A stretch of 64,000 nt of DNA from NCBI GenBank assembly GCA_913043225.1, contig CAJWLU010000005.1:32001-96000 (forward strand), in the 5' to 3' direction. The translations under genes were made by a program, and so were the position numbers. This document shows positions 39,231 through 48,303 of the stretch, in pieces. Below the pieces are notes generated by a model that saw only the letters and a program-made list of their open reading frames with translations, searched no databases and was not told the DNA's origin. Position 1 is the stretch's first letter, and each line of letters begins with the position of its first letter. This DNA is from an uncultured Acidobacteriota bacterium. Its GTDB lineage: Bacteria; Acidobacteriota; Vicinamibacteria; Vicinamibacterales; UBA8438.

Positions 39231-40214
39231 GTGAGGAACACGATGATCTACCGTCTGCTGCTCTCGGCGGCGACCCTGCTGGCCCTGACGACGACCTCGG
39301 CCACGGCCCAGCCCGCATCGGCGGGACGCCCCCCCGACGGTTCTCCGGCGCCGCGGATGCCGTGGGGGGTCCCGGATCTCACCGGCGTCTGGGACCACGG
39401 AACGGCGACCCCCCTCGAACGGCCCGAGCGCTACGAGGGCCGCGACTTCCTCACCCCAGAGGAAGTCGCGCAGGCCAACCTCGAAGCCCAGACCTTTGCC
39501 ACCTCCGAACGGCGCAGCGAGCTCAGTGCCCAGCGGGACGTCGGCCTCGCCTACAACCAGTTCTGGTGGGACCGCGGACTGTCCGATGGGCGCACCGCGC
39601 TCATTATCGACCCGGCCGACGGCCGGATTCCGGAGCAGACCCCGGAAGCGGTCGCGCGGGCCGCCGCCCGGCGCGCCGCCACCCCCCCGAGGGCCAATTC
39701 AGAGAACCCGGAAGACAGAGGTCTCTGGGAACGCTGCCTGTCGCGTGGCACGGTGCGCCTGGGTGGCGTCTACAACAACAATTTTCACGTCTTCCAGACC
39801 GAAGACTACGTGGCGATTCTGCTTGAGATGGTCCACGAGATGCGGATCATCCCGCTCGACGGCAGCGGACCGACCGAGTCCACGCCGGCCCAGTGGTTGG
39901 GTCGCTCGCGTGGCCACTGGGAAGGAGACACGCTGGTCGTTGAGACCACGCACTTCTCTGGGCAGGCGCCCTGGCGGGGCTCTGGCGAGAACCTGTACCT
40001 GATCGAGCGCTTCTCACGCCCAGACGCTAACACCTTGCGCTACGAGGTGACGTTCGAGGACGCGACCACCTGGATCTCGCCCTGGACGGCGGCGCTCGAC
40101 ATGCCGCGCACCAACGGACTGCTCTACGAGTACGCCTGTCACGAACGCAACTACGGGATGGAGAACCTGCTGCGCGGGGCCCGCGTGCAGGAACGGGAAG
40201 CAGCTGGCCGGTGA
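39231..40214 (+). CDS. Secreted uncharacterised protein, 'EYACHE' family paralog 4
   Basis: PDLTGVW, RTALIIDPADGRIP, ERC, EMVH, GHWEGDTLVVETTHF, YEYACHERN. Confidence 0.85.
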   Translation: MRNTMIYRLLLSAATLLALTTTSATAQPASAGRPPDGSPAPRMPWGVPDLTGVWDHGTATPLERPERYEGRDFLTPEEVAQANLEAQTFATSERRSELSAQRDVGLAYNQFWWDRGLSDGRTALIIDPADGRIPEQTPEAVARAAARRAATPPRANSENPEDRGLWERCLSRGTVRLGGVYNNNFHVFQTEDYVAILLEMVHEMRIIPLDGSGPTESTPAQWLGRSRGHWEGDTLVVETTHFSGQAPWRGSGENLYLIERFSRPDANTLRYEVTFEDATTWISPWTAALDMPRTNGLLYEYACHERNYGMENLLRGARVQEREAAGR

Positions 40215-40684
40215 CGACGCCCCTGTGTCGTCCGGGTGCTCGCTAGCGCACACGTTCGACGATGCGCTCAAGGCGGAAGAAACGCCCGCTGACGGCGACA
40301 TAGGGCAGCTCGATCGCCTCCGTCAGTTCAGCCACGACCTGACCTAAACCGGCGGCGAGAAAGAAGACCGGATTCTGTAGCGGATCTCACGACAACGCAG
40401 GCAGCCCACGACCTGCCGCGGAATCTGCCGGCCGTTGCCCGCGTCCGGATCCTTGAACACTCTCCGTACTCGGCGCACAGACCGTCTTCGATGTTCTCCT
40501 CCGGCGGACATGGGCTGAGCGCGAGCCAGCCCGCAGCCGCCGGTTCCGGAACGTTCTCGCACGCGGGGGTTCGAGGAGCTACAGGAGCAGGCTCGGACGG
40601 CGTCGGCTCGACATCGCGGTCACGGAAGTAGCTGCACACCGGACGTCGTCTGGATTACACGGAAACCGAGACGGGTCAGACCAT

Positions 40685-42457
40685 TCAGTGCAGGGGCCAG
40701 AACCAGGGCACTAAGACGATCGTCGCCAGCACCACCAGGACAACCAGCGGTGCACCTAGCCGGGCAAAATCACCGAAGCGGTAGCCACCCGGCCCATACA
40801 CCATCAGGTTGGTCTGGTACGACAGAGGAGTCAGAAACGACGCCGAGGCCGCCAGGGCGACCGCCACCGCGAACGCGCGGACATTCAGTTCGAGCTCAGT
40901 GGCCGCCGACATCGCGATCGGGAACATCAGCACCGCCGCAGCGTTGTTCGTGATCAGGCTCTTCAGCAGCACCGTGGTCAGCACGATGCCGACAAGCCCG
41001 CCAGACGCGCCGAGCGTTCCGAATACACCGTCGATCAGCTGTGCCACGTCTGCCGCGAGCCCCGAAGTCTCAAGGGCAGCTGCCAGTCCGAACGCGCCTG
41101 CGATCACCAGGATAACGTCGAGGTCGATGGCCCCCTTCGCTTCCGACGGAGTCAGCACGCCGCTCATCACCAGCACCAAGGCGCCCACCAGCGCGGCGCT
41201 CAAGACCGGCAGCAACCCGACGGCTGCCGACACGACGACCCCAGCCCCCACCAACGCCACAATCCAGGCCTTCCGTCCCACCGCCGGCGGCACTCCGCCT
41301 AAGCGTGACACCAGCAGGAACGCGCTCCGATCGCGCCACCTGTCCCGGAAGCCAGGATCGGACAGGATAAGCAGCGTATCCTCCGCCTTCAGGCCGATAC
41401 CGCCCAGCTTGGCGTCGATCCGGCGCCCGGCCCGGTGTATGGCTACCACCGCGGCCTGATACTGCGCCCGAAACCCCGCTTCTTTCAGCGAGCGGCCGAC
41501 CAGCGGCGAAGAGGGCCCGAGCACCGCCTCGAAGAAGGTGTGCCGGACTGTGTCGAATTCTTGCACGTGCTTGTGTTCGGCCGAGACCAGACCGCGGATG
41601 GCATGCAGGTCCACGACCACATCGGCGCGCCCCACGAACGTCAGCTCATCCCCGCCGCGGAGTACCGTGTGCGGGCCAACCGGCGCGATGACCTCGCCCT
41701 GTCGGTCAATCTCAATAAGAAACACGCCCGCCAAATTTCTCAGCCGCCCCGCCTCGACCGAACGACCATCGAGCGCCCCGTCGGCCGCCACGATCATCCG
41801 GACCACAAATTCACGGAAACCGTCGCTCAGGTCGGCCTGCGCCGGATGCCGCTCGGGAAGCAGCCGTGGCGACAGCAGAATCAGTAGCCCCACTCCAACC
41901 ACGGCAACCGGGAGCCCTACCGGGGTCAATTCGAACATGGTCAAAGGTGGTTCACCAGCATCGATCAGCAAACCCGATACGACGAGATTCGTCGAAGTGC
42001 CGATCAGCGTGACCATTCCACCCAGGATGGCGGCGAACGATAGCGGCATCAGAAATCTCGAAGGCGAAAGGCCGGTACGCTGGGCCCAGTTCTCCACCTG
42101 AGGAGCCAACATCGCCACGATCGGCGTGTTATTGAGCAAGCTTGACATGGCGGCGGCCGGTATTAGCAGCCGCGCCAACCCAGCGCTTCGCCCGTCGCCA
42201 GCCCCCAGAGTGCCGGCCACCAGCGGTTGCAGCGCTCCGGTCTTCTCCACGGCGCGTGCCAGCACGTACAGCGCGGCCACCGTGATCGGTGCCGGATTCG
42301 ACAGTCCGGCGAACGCCTCGGCCGGCGTGATGACACCTGCCACCAGCAATACGATCACGCCGGTAAGCACCGTCGCCGATGGCGCCGCCAGCTCGCGCGC
42401 CAGGGCCCAGACCATTACAGCCAGCACCACGAACGTCAGCAAAGCGTCCAAACTCAT
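40685..42457 (-). CDS. SLC13/CitMHS-type permease with two TrkA-C domains
   Basis: LNNTPIVA, TLIGTSTNL, two RCK_C segments, FLTPLSYQTNLMVYGPGGY. Confidence 0.92.
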   Translation of the reverse strand: MSLDALLTFVVLAVMVWALARELAAPSATVLTGVIVLLVAGVITPAEAFAGLSNPAPITVAALYVLARAVEKTGALQPLVAGTLGAGDGRSAGLARLLIPAAAMSSLLNNTPIVAMLAPQVENWAQRTGLSPSRFLMPLSFAAILGGMVTLIGTSTNLVVSGLLIDAGEPPLTMFELTPVGLPVAVVGVGLLILLSPRLLPERHPAQADLSDGFREFVVRMIVAADGALDGRSVEAGRLRNLAGVFLIEIDRQGEVIAPVGPHTVLRGGDELTFVGRADVVVDLHAIRGLVSAEHKHVQEFDTVRHTFFEAVLGPSSPLVGRSLKEAGFRAQYQAAVVAIHRAGRRIDAKLGGIGLKAEDTLLILSDPGFRDRWRDRSAFLLVSRLGGVPPAVGRKAWIVALVGAGVVVSAAVGLLPVLSAALVGALVLVMSGVLTPSEAKGAIDLDVILVIAGAFGLAAALETSGLAADVAQLIDGVFGTLGASGGLVGIVLTTVLLKSLITNNAAAVLMFPIAMSAATELELNVRAFAVAVALAASASFLTPLSYQTNLMVYGPGGYRFGDFARLGAPLVVLVVLATIVLVPWFWPLH

Positions 42458-42564
42458 GCCGATCTCGCCCTTTTCATCCGATCGATCCTACTAGAGTGCT
42501 TCCAACTCCGCCGCCGTGGCCTGCGCGACAGCCGACTATACTGTCGCTGCTGAGCACTTTCCGT

Positions 42565-42957
42565 ATGACACGCGCCGGACTGCTCCTCGTGATCCTGTTG
42601 CTCGCGACCGCACAGCCGAGCGACACCGGTCTCGCCCGACAAACCGAGGGCGCAGGCACCCAACTGGTGCGCACTTGCCGACTCTACTTCGAGTTTCTCG
42701 GACGAACAGGGGCCGGACGTGAGGAGGCGTTCGACCGAAGCCCGTTCGGGATGGGATACTGCGCTGGCCTCGTACGCGGCGTTACCGATGTCGCCCGTAC
42801 CCGGATGGAAGGTCGCCTCTGTATCCCTGAGGTCACCACTGAGGCGGAAGCGGTCTGGGTGGTCGTGCACTATCTGGAAAACAACCAGATCGCTCAGCCG
42901 GAGCGCGACACCGACCTGGTTTTGCGGGCCCTGGAGAACACCTACCGATGCCGCTGA
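42565..42957 (+). CDS. Rap1a/Tai-like immunity protein
   Basis: Signal peptide; GTQLVRTC...GYCAGLVRGV...LCIP...VVVHYLENN...LVLRALENTYRC four-Cys pattern. Confidence 0.75.
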   Translation: MTRAGLLLVILLLATAQPSDTGLARQTEGAGTQLVRTCRLYFEFLGRTGAGREEAFDRSPFGMGYCAGLVRGVTDVARTRMEGRLCIPEVTTEAEAVWVVVHYLENNQIAQPERDTDLVLRALENTYRCR

Positions 42958-43562
42958 GCTGCCCTCGCGCGCTCAGCGCTCAGTCCGTCGTCATCGCGAT
43001 CCTGCTGCTGGTGCCGCTGGCCGTCCCCGGTTGCCGGCAACCCGGCACTACTGCCAGCCCGGCCGCATCGCCGGACGACGAGACACGCTTTCAACCCACC
43101 GCGACGGTCGAGGATCTGATGCGGAGCCTCATCGACCCGGCAGCCGACGCAATCTGGGACGCCGTGGTGATCAGGTCAACCTTAGACGGTCTGGATGAAC
43201 AGCGGCCGGAAACCGACGAGGACTGGGCCGCGCTCGAACGAAGCGCCTTGCATCTTGTGGAGGCGGGGAATCTGCTACGGATCGAAGGCCGAGCGATTGC
43301 CGGCCCTGAGTCGGTCTCGGAGATGCCTGGCATCGACCTGGATCCGGACGCCATCGCATTGCTCGTGGCGGCCAATGCCGACTCGTGGGGACGGTCCGCA
43401 CGAGAGATTCATGACGTCGGGGTGCTGCTGCTCGCCGCCACCCGGGCAAGAGATGTCGACGCCCTCCTCAAAGGCGGCAGCCGGCTACAGGTCGCGTGTG
43501 AGTCGTGTCACTCCCGCTTCTGGTACCCGCCTATGCCATCTACCGGTGAGGACGAACCGTAG
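42948..43562 (+). CDS. Class II (cytochrome c'-like) c-type cytochrome lipoprotein
   Basis: Lipobox-like VPGC; helical body; C-terminal CESCH. Confidence 0.8.
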   Translation: MPLSCPRALSAQSVVIAILLLVPLAVPGCRQPGTTASPAASPDDETRFQPTATVEDLMRSLIDPAADAIWDAVVIRSTLDGLDEQRPETDEDWAALERSALHLVEAGNLLRIEGRAIAGPESVSEMPGIDLDPDAIALLVAANADSWGRSAREIHDVGVLLLAATRARDVDALLKGGSRLQVACESCHSRFWYPPMPSTGEDEP

Positions 43563-43585
43563 TCCGGCTGACCTTCCTGGCTAGC

Positions 43586-43966
43586 CTACGGCCGGATGGG
43601 CGAGCCATCGGGTCGGGTCAGCTCGGCGCAGCAAATCCCGTAGGTCCCCGGCGCCCGCGACGGCTGTCCCACCACACGGATCTCGTCACCGGCCCTGATC
43701 GTGTCTGACGTCCAACCGCGACGCGTCATCATCACCGCCGTGCCCATCTCGACTTCCCAACCCACCACGTCGCCATTGGCGGTCGGCGCATCGAGATACA
43801 CGAACGAGTGGGGGTTCCGGAACACGAATTCGGTAACGGTGCCCACCGCCTCAACCTGCTTTTCAGGATCGTAGAAGGGCGCGCTTGCGTGATGGGCACC
43901 TGCGGGCACGTTGGTCACCAGCACCGCTCCAAGCAAACCTGCCGTCGTCCAGAGTAGAGTTCTCAC
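43586..43966 (-). CDS. DUF6152-like secreted OB-fold protein with N-terminal His-His
   Basis: AAGGAG RBS then GTG; AGA|HHAS..YD, GTVTEFVFRNPHS, WEVEM, GDEIRVVG. Confidence 0.8.
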   Translation of the reverse strand: MRTLLWTTAGLLGAVLVTNVPAGAHHASAPFYDPEKQVEAVGTVTEFVFRNPHSFVYLDAPTANGDVVGWEVEMGTAVMMTRRGWTSDTIRAGDEIRVVGQPSRAPGTYGICCAELTRPDGSPIRP

Positions 43967-44008
43967 ACCGTTTCTCCTTGCTTGCAGATCAAGGCCGCAC
44001 ATCTCCCT

Positions 44009-44770
44009 TTACTGGTACTTCGGTATCAGAAACTTCCGCGGATGTCCCGCCTCGAATGGGTCGCAGTTGTAGGCTTGGAGCTTGTAGCCGTCAGGCGCCG
44101 GCTGCCACCGCGTGGTATATGACGCCGGCTCCCGCAGAAACATCGGGTCCTCGACCGTCAGCGTCAGGTTCAGATGCTCACCGTCTCGCCAGTACCGCTC
44201 AGTTAGTTTCTTCTGCTGGGAGGAGGGAATTCCGTTGTAGTCGTCGAACCCGGTGATGTCGAACACGAAGTTCGTGGTCTCCACGATGAGCGCGCCCTCT
44301 TCGTAGCGCCCCACCGAAAAACCTTGGACCGTGAACTCAATCGGCGACGGCTCACGACCATCGAGCCAGACCGTCCGAATCTGGTCGTCCTTCTCGTAGC
44401 GAAAGAGCACCCTATCCGGCCACTGGGTCACTTCCATCATGTAGGGGTCGTACTGAATGGCGGGCGAGGCTGACGGCACGCAGTCGTATTTCGGAGCGAT
44501 CGCCTCGTCGAACGCGGCCTGGTACGCCTCGGCTCGCTCGTTGAGAATCGGGAAATTCTCACCCGGCACCCATGGCATGTTGGGTCCATTGACCCGTCGC
44601 ACAGCCGGTCCACCGTCCCAGACCCCGACAAGATCGGGCACCTCTACCGAGGCGTCCTGCGCCTCCGCTGGCGCGGCCACCCCACTCCCGAGCGCGACAA
44701 GCAGCCCGCCGACGATCCAAGAAGACCGCCATACGGAGACGACCGCTCGACGACTGTCAGGTCTGTGCAT
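44009..44770 (-). CDS. Divergent short member of the 'EYACHE' secreted family (paralog 6)
   Basis: PDLVGVW, YDCVP, GRYEEGALIVETTNF, LTERY, LTVEDP, YNCDP. Confidence 0.75.
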   Translation of the reverse strand: MHRPDSRRAVVSVWRSSWIVGGLLVALGSGVAAPAEAQDASVEVPDLVGVWDGGPAVRRVNGPNMPWVPGENFPILNERAEAYQAAFDEAIAPKYDCVPSASPAIQYDPYMMEVTQWPDRVLFRYEKDDQIRTVWLDGREPSPIEFTVQGFSVGRYEEGALIVETTNFVFDITGFDDYNGIPSSQQKKLTERYWRDGEHLNLTLTVEDPMFLREPASYTTRWQPAPDGYKLQAYNCDPFEAGHPRKFLIPKYQ

Positions 44771-44846
44771 GCTCACTCTCCTCGTCGATCCGGGGGGCCA
44801 ACCGTCGCCAGCCCGAAGTTCAAGGGATTCTACCTCGCCTCCCAGC

Positions 44847-45731
44847 TCATCGGGCCCGTCTCCAAACCCGATTCCACCACATCAGACCACCAGTGACGAA
44901 CATGACTGGCGGCACGAGGCCTATGACGGCCCAGAGCAACTTCGACCACTCCCCGAATCGACCAAAGTGCAGACGTGTAAACCACAGGAGGACGTTGTCT
45001 CCAGTGCGCGGGTCGAAGTTGTCCTCCTCGAACGGCTCCAAATAGTCGACCACGGCACCGAACGGCTCGGGGAAAGCGAGGTAGATCCCGGTAAAGCCCC
45101 ACATGACAATGAAGAACAGCGTCCAGAACCCGAGCGCGCTATGGAGCGACCAGTTCAATCGTCGCCAATTCGAACGCCAGTCGACAACTAGACCGTTACT
45201 CCAGGTCTTCACCCCGGGCCACCAGATGACCGCACCTGTCACCCCGAGCAGGAGCAGCAGGATCGCGCCCACGCCGTTGACCGAGCGACCGGTGTCCCCA
45301 GCCAGCAGATTGTCGTGCAAATCGAGCAGCCAGGTGGTCAGGCGCCACCCCCACGGCAACGCATGCCCCAAGTACTCGCCTGTATATGGATCGAAGAACA
45401 GCTGGCTCCGTTCCCCAGAAGGCCCGACCGACATAGTCACGGCGAGCCCGGGCTCGTCGGGCTCGGTCCAGACCTCCACCGGCACATCGGGAAACAGTGC
45501 CTCGGTGGCGGCGACCAGTTCCTCGCCGCTTAGCCTGGCACCGGCCACCGCGACCGGGAGGGGCTGCGGGTTGAAGTACTGGCGCAGCTCACTGCGATAC
45601 ACAAGGATACTGCCGGTCAGGCTGATCACGACGACGTAAAGACCGACCGCCAGTCCGCTCCACAAGTGGACCTGGAACAGCGCGCGCCTGAGCCACATCT
45701 GCTGCGGCTGCCGCCACCAACTACTGACCAT
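44847..45731 (-). CDS. PepSY-associated TM helix protein
   Basis: VHLWSGL..ISLTGSILV, FDPYTGEYLG, LDLHDNL, SLHSALGFW, RLHFG. Confidence 0.9.
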   Translation of the reverse strand: MVSSWWRQPQQMWLRRALFQVHLWSGLAVGLYVVVISLTGSILVYRSELRQYFNPQPLPVAVAGARLSGEELVAATEALFPDVPVEVWTEPDEPGLAVTMSVGPSGERSQLFFDPYTGEYLGHALPWGWRLTTWLLDLHDNLLAGDTGRSVNGVGAILLLLLGVTGAVIWWPGVKTWSNGLVVDWRSNWRRLNWSLHSALGFWTLFFIVMWGFTGIYLAFPEPFGAVVDYLEPFEEDNFDPRTGDNVLLWFTRLHFGRFGEWSKLLWAVIGLVPPVMFVTGGLMWWNRVWRRAR

Positions 45732-46710
45732 CGCACCCTCGTCCCGACGCCGACACATCGAGAGTATCCGACTGCGTCGGAGTCTCGAGATCTTGAAGCC
45801 GCTGGCTCAGGTACTCGGCGATCGCACCCATTCCCGACCGTCCGTCGACCGCCTCGGCCGCGGAGTTGTAGTTCGTGTTGGTGTTGATGTCGTAGGTATA
45901 GGCGACCCCGTCCCGGTCGACGATGAACTCGACACCGGCAATCTGGGTGTCGTGCATCGCGAGCACGCGTGCGTACCGCTCGACCAGAGGATGCTCGAAC
46001 CGGTCGATGATGGTGAACATCGCGCGATTCTCGCCGTCTGTCGGACAGAAGGCGTCGTCCACCCGACACGCGTCAGCGGGACACAGCTCGAACCCCTGGC
46101 TGGTATCCACCTGCACGGCGTAGAGCAGCTCTCCCCCCACGAACTCCACCCGCGTGATCGTCGGGTCGGGCGACTCCACGTATTGCTGCAACAGGGTGAG
46201 CCCGTCGACCGACGGCTCGAACTCGTCACTCTCGACGTAGGCATCCAGCGCCATGCGCTCACGGAACAGTCGCACGCCCAAGCCCTTGCCGGCTCGATTG
46301 TGCTTGGTGATAAACGGCGTCGGGAAGCTGGCCGCGGCCCGCCTGAGCTCCTCGCGTCCCACCACTGCCAGCGTGCGCGGGGTCAGCACCCCGAGTGCGT
46401 CGAGCGCCTGGTACTGCGCGACCTTGCTCACCTCGAGTCGCAACGCCCGAGTACCGTTGACCACCGGGCGCTCATGCCGCTCGAGCCACGCCAGCACCGC
46501 CGCTGTATGCTCCGGCGCGTACCGATGCCCCCGCGTGTGCGAAGAGGCACTCATCCGGTTGTAGAAGATGCCGTCGGGTGGGACCGAGGCCAGGTCCAGC
46601 GTCCCCGTCCCAAGAAACCACTCCTCGAACGGCACCCCACGAGCCTGGAACGCAGACCGGAGTGGACGTACCCACTCATCGTTTTCGTGGATGACGTAGA
46701 CCTTGGCCAT
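45721..46710 (-). CDS. RimK-like ATP-grasp ligase
   Basis: ITKHNRAGKGLGVRLF, LLQQYV, TRVEFVGG, YDINTNTNYN. Confidence 0.85.
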   Translation of the reverse strand: MAKVYVIHENDEWVRPLRSAFQARGVPFEEWFLGTGTLDLASVPPDGIFYNRMSASSHTRGHRYAPEHTAAVLAWLERHERPVVNGTRALRLEVSKVAQYQALDALGVLTPRTLAVVGREELRRAAASFPTPFITKHNRAGKGLGVRLFRERMALDAYVESDEFEPSVDGLTLLQQYVESPDPTITRVEFVGGELLYAVQVDTSQGFELCPADACRVDDAFCPTDGENRAMFTIIDRFEHPLVERYARVLAMHDTQIAGVEFIVDRDGVAYTYDINTNTNYNSAAEAVDGRSGMGAIAEYLSQRLQDLETPTQSDTLDVSASGRGCDGQ

Positions 46711-46723
46711 GCCTACGCCTGGC

Positions 46724-48040
46724 TCAGAAGCGAGGATTGACCACGTTGTTGAAGATCGACCCGAAGGTATAACCAAAACCGACGCGGTACTCGTAGCGAG
46801 AATCGGTCGCGAGCGCTCTCCGTTCGACCAAGATCTCCGCATCAGACAAGTCTGCCTTCGGCAAGTACAGTTGATTCCGAACCAGTGAGCTGCTAGCGCT
46901 CATGAACACGGAAAATCCGCGAACGATCCTGAACGAGAGGTTGCCTGACAACGACACGCTGTACTTATCCAGGTCATCAAGGAACGAGTTGTAGTTGAGC
47001 CGGATCCGACTATCTCCCCAAGGCTGCTCGACATCAAACGTCGTCTCCAACGAGTGCGATGGCACAGTCTCTTCCATCTTCCCGAAAATCGTTTCCTCTT
47101 CGTACTCAAACGCTTGGATACCGGCCTCATAGCGAACGTAGAAAGCCCGCCTGGACGACTCGGAGTAGGGAAAAACATTAAACTCGACACCAGGGAGGAC
47201 TCGCGTTCTGCGCGCCTGATTCCGGAACGTCGATTGGCTTAGTCCTCCCCGAATCGACGCCCCCCAGTGCTCTCCTAAGGTCTTGACGGCCTGGCCGTCC
47301 ATGTTGCTGTTCCGGTTGATGTTTTTGAAGTCACCGTCGCTCAACTCAGTAATGCTCTCCCGATAGGAGGTCTCAGCCCGCAGCCGGAAAATCCATTCCT
47401 CAGTCGTACGATTGGCCGAGACCGACGCATTGAATCTGCGGTTCGTCCGTGAGGACTCGCCCGAGGCCCGTCCATCGGCATTGATCCGAAACACCCAGAA
47501 ATTCCAAGGATCGTCCTCGGGCTGGGCCATCAAGTCGCGTGCTCGACCATTCCCGGCAAGAGCACTGTTGGTGCCGATCTCGATCTCGTAGGCCAGCGGA
47601 GTATCAATGATGTAATGGAGGAACCCGACGCGGAGCACCTGGGCAACACCGGCCCTCGTTTCATCGTCCGTGTCAGTCCGACTCTCCGCGTAGGAGTAAG
47701 TGACGTCACGTCCGTGGAACTCATCCAGGCCAAGGAATTCGAACGAATATTGCTGCCCGCCACCGGTATCCTCATCGGTAACCAGCACGTGCACTTGGGC
47801 ATCACGCCGATCCCGGACGTAGTTAACGAACGTAATTTCACGCCGCAAATAGTTACGATCGCACTCACGACCACAATCAAGAAACACCCGCAGTGCCTGG
47901 GGGCGCTCATCGGTCCGGAGCTCCTGGGAACCGTCATTCGGCTCCTGCGCACCTGCCCCAGCGGCCAATGCCACCAGCAGCGTCACGCCCATCAAACCCT
48001 CTAGTAATGCCTTCGTCAAACGCCTGTCCCGCTTTATCAC
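46724..48040 (-). CDS. Putative outer-membrane beta-barrel protein
   Basis: Signal peptide; alternating amphipathic strands; terminal Phe (YTFGSIFNNVVNPRF); visibly lower GC than flanks. Confidence 0.7.
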   Translation of the reverse strand: MIKRDRRLTKALLEGLMGVTLLVALAAGAGAQEPNDGSQELRTDERPQALRVFLDCGRECDRNYLRREITFVNYVRDRRDAQVHVLVTDEDTGGGQQYSFEFLGLDEFHGRDVTYSYAESRTDTDDETRAGVAQVLRVGFLHYIIDTPLAYEIEIGTNSALAGNGRARDLMAQPEDDPWNFWVFRINADGRASGESSRTNRRFNASVSANRTTEEWIFRLRAETSYRESITELSDGDFKNINRNSNMDGQAVKTLGEHWGASIRGGLSQSTFRNQARRTRVLPGVEFNVFPYSESSRRAFYVRYEAGIQAFEYEEETIFGKMEETVPSHSLETTFDVEQPWGDSRIRLNYNSFLDDLDKYSVSLSGNLSFRIVRGFSVFMSASSSLVRNQLYLPKADLSDAEILVERRALATDSRYEYRVGFGYTFGSIFNNVVNPRF

Positions 48041-48231
48041 CCACCCACCTCGAAACGCGGCCTAACCCTACGACGCTAAAACAACCGCTCTCACTTCCAT
48101 GTGAGGCCCATTGTCACAGTCTCTCTGGCGCCTAACCATGCGCCGCTTACTCCGACGAAACCAATCAATACAGTATACGGGCACCTCCGCAGAGATATTC
48201 CGGCCGAATCTCGCGACACCCGCCCGTTAAC

Positions 48232-48260
48232 TTGACAGTGTTCCTGCCCGAGGGTACAAG
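48232..48260 (+). promoter_or_regulatory. Putative sigma70 promoter of the FAH gene
   Basis: TTGACA (48232-48237), 17-nt spacer, TACAAG (48255-48260); AGGAG RBS before the ATG at 48304. Confidence 0.5.
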
Positions 48261-48303
48261 AGGAGCCTTGCAACCGACGTATCAGCTACACAAGAGGAGC
48301 ACC

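Noticed and set aside
48100..48118. TGTGA...TCACA CRP/FNR-like site
   Set aside because: The spacer is 9 nt rather than 6
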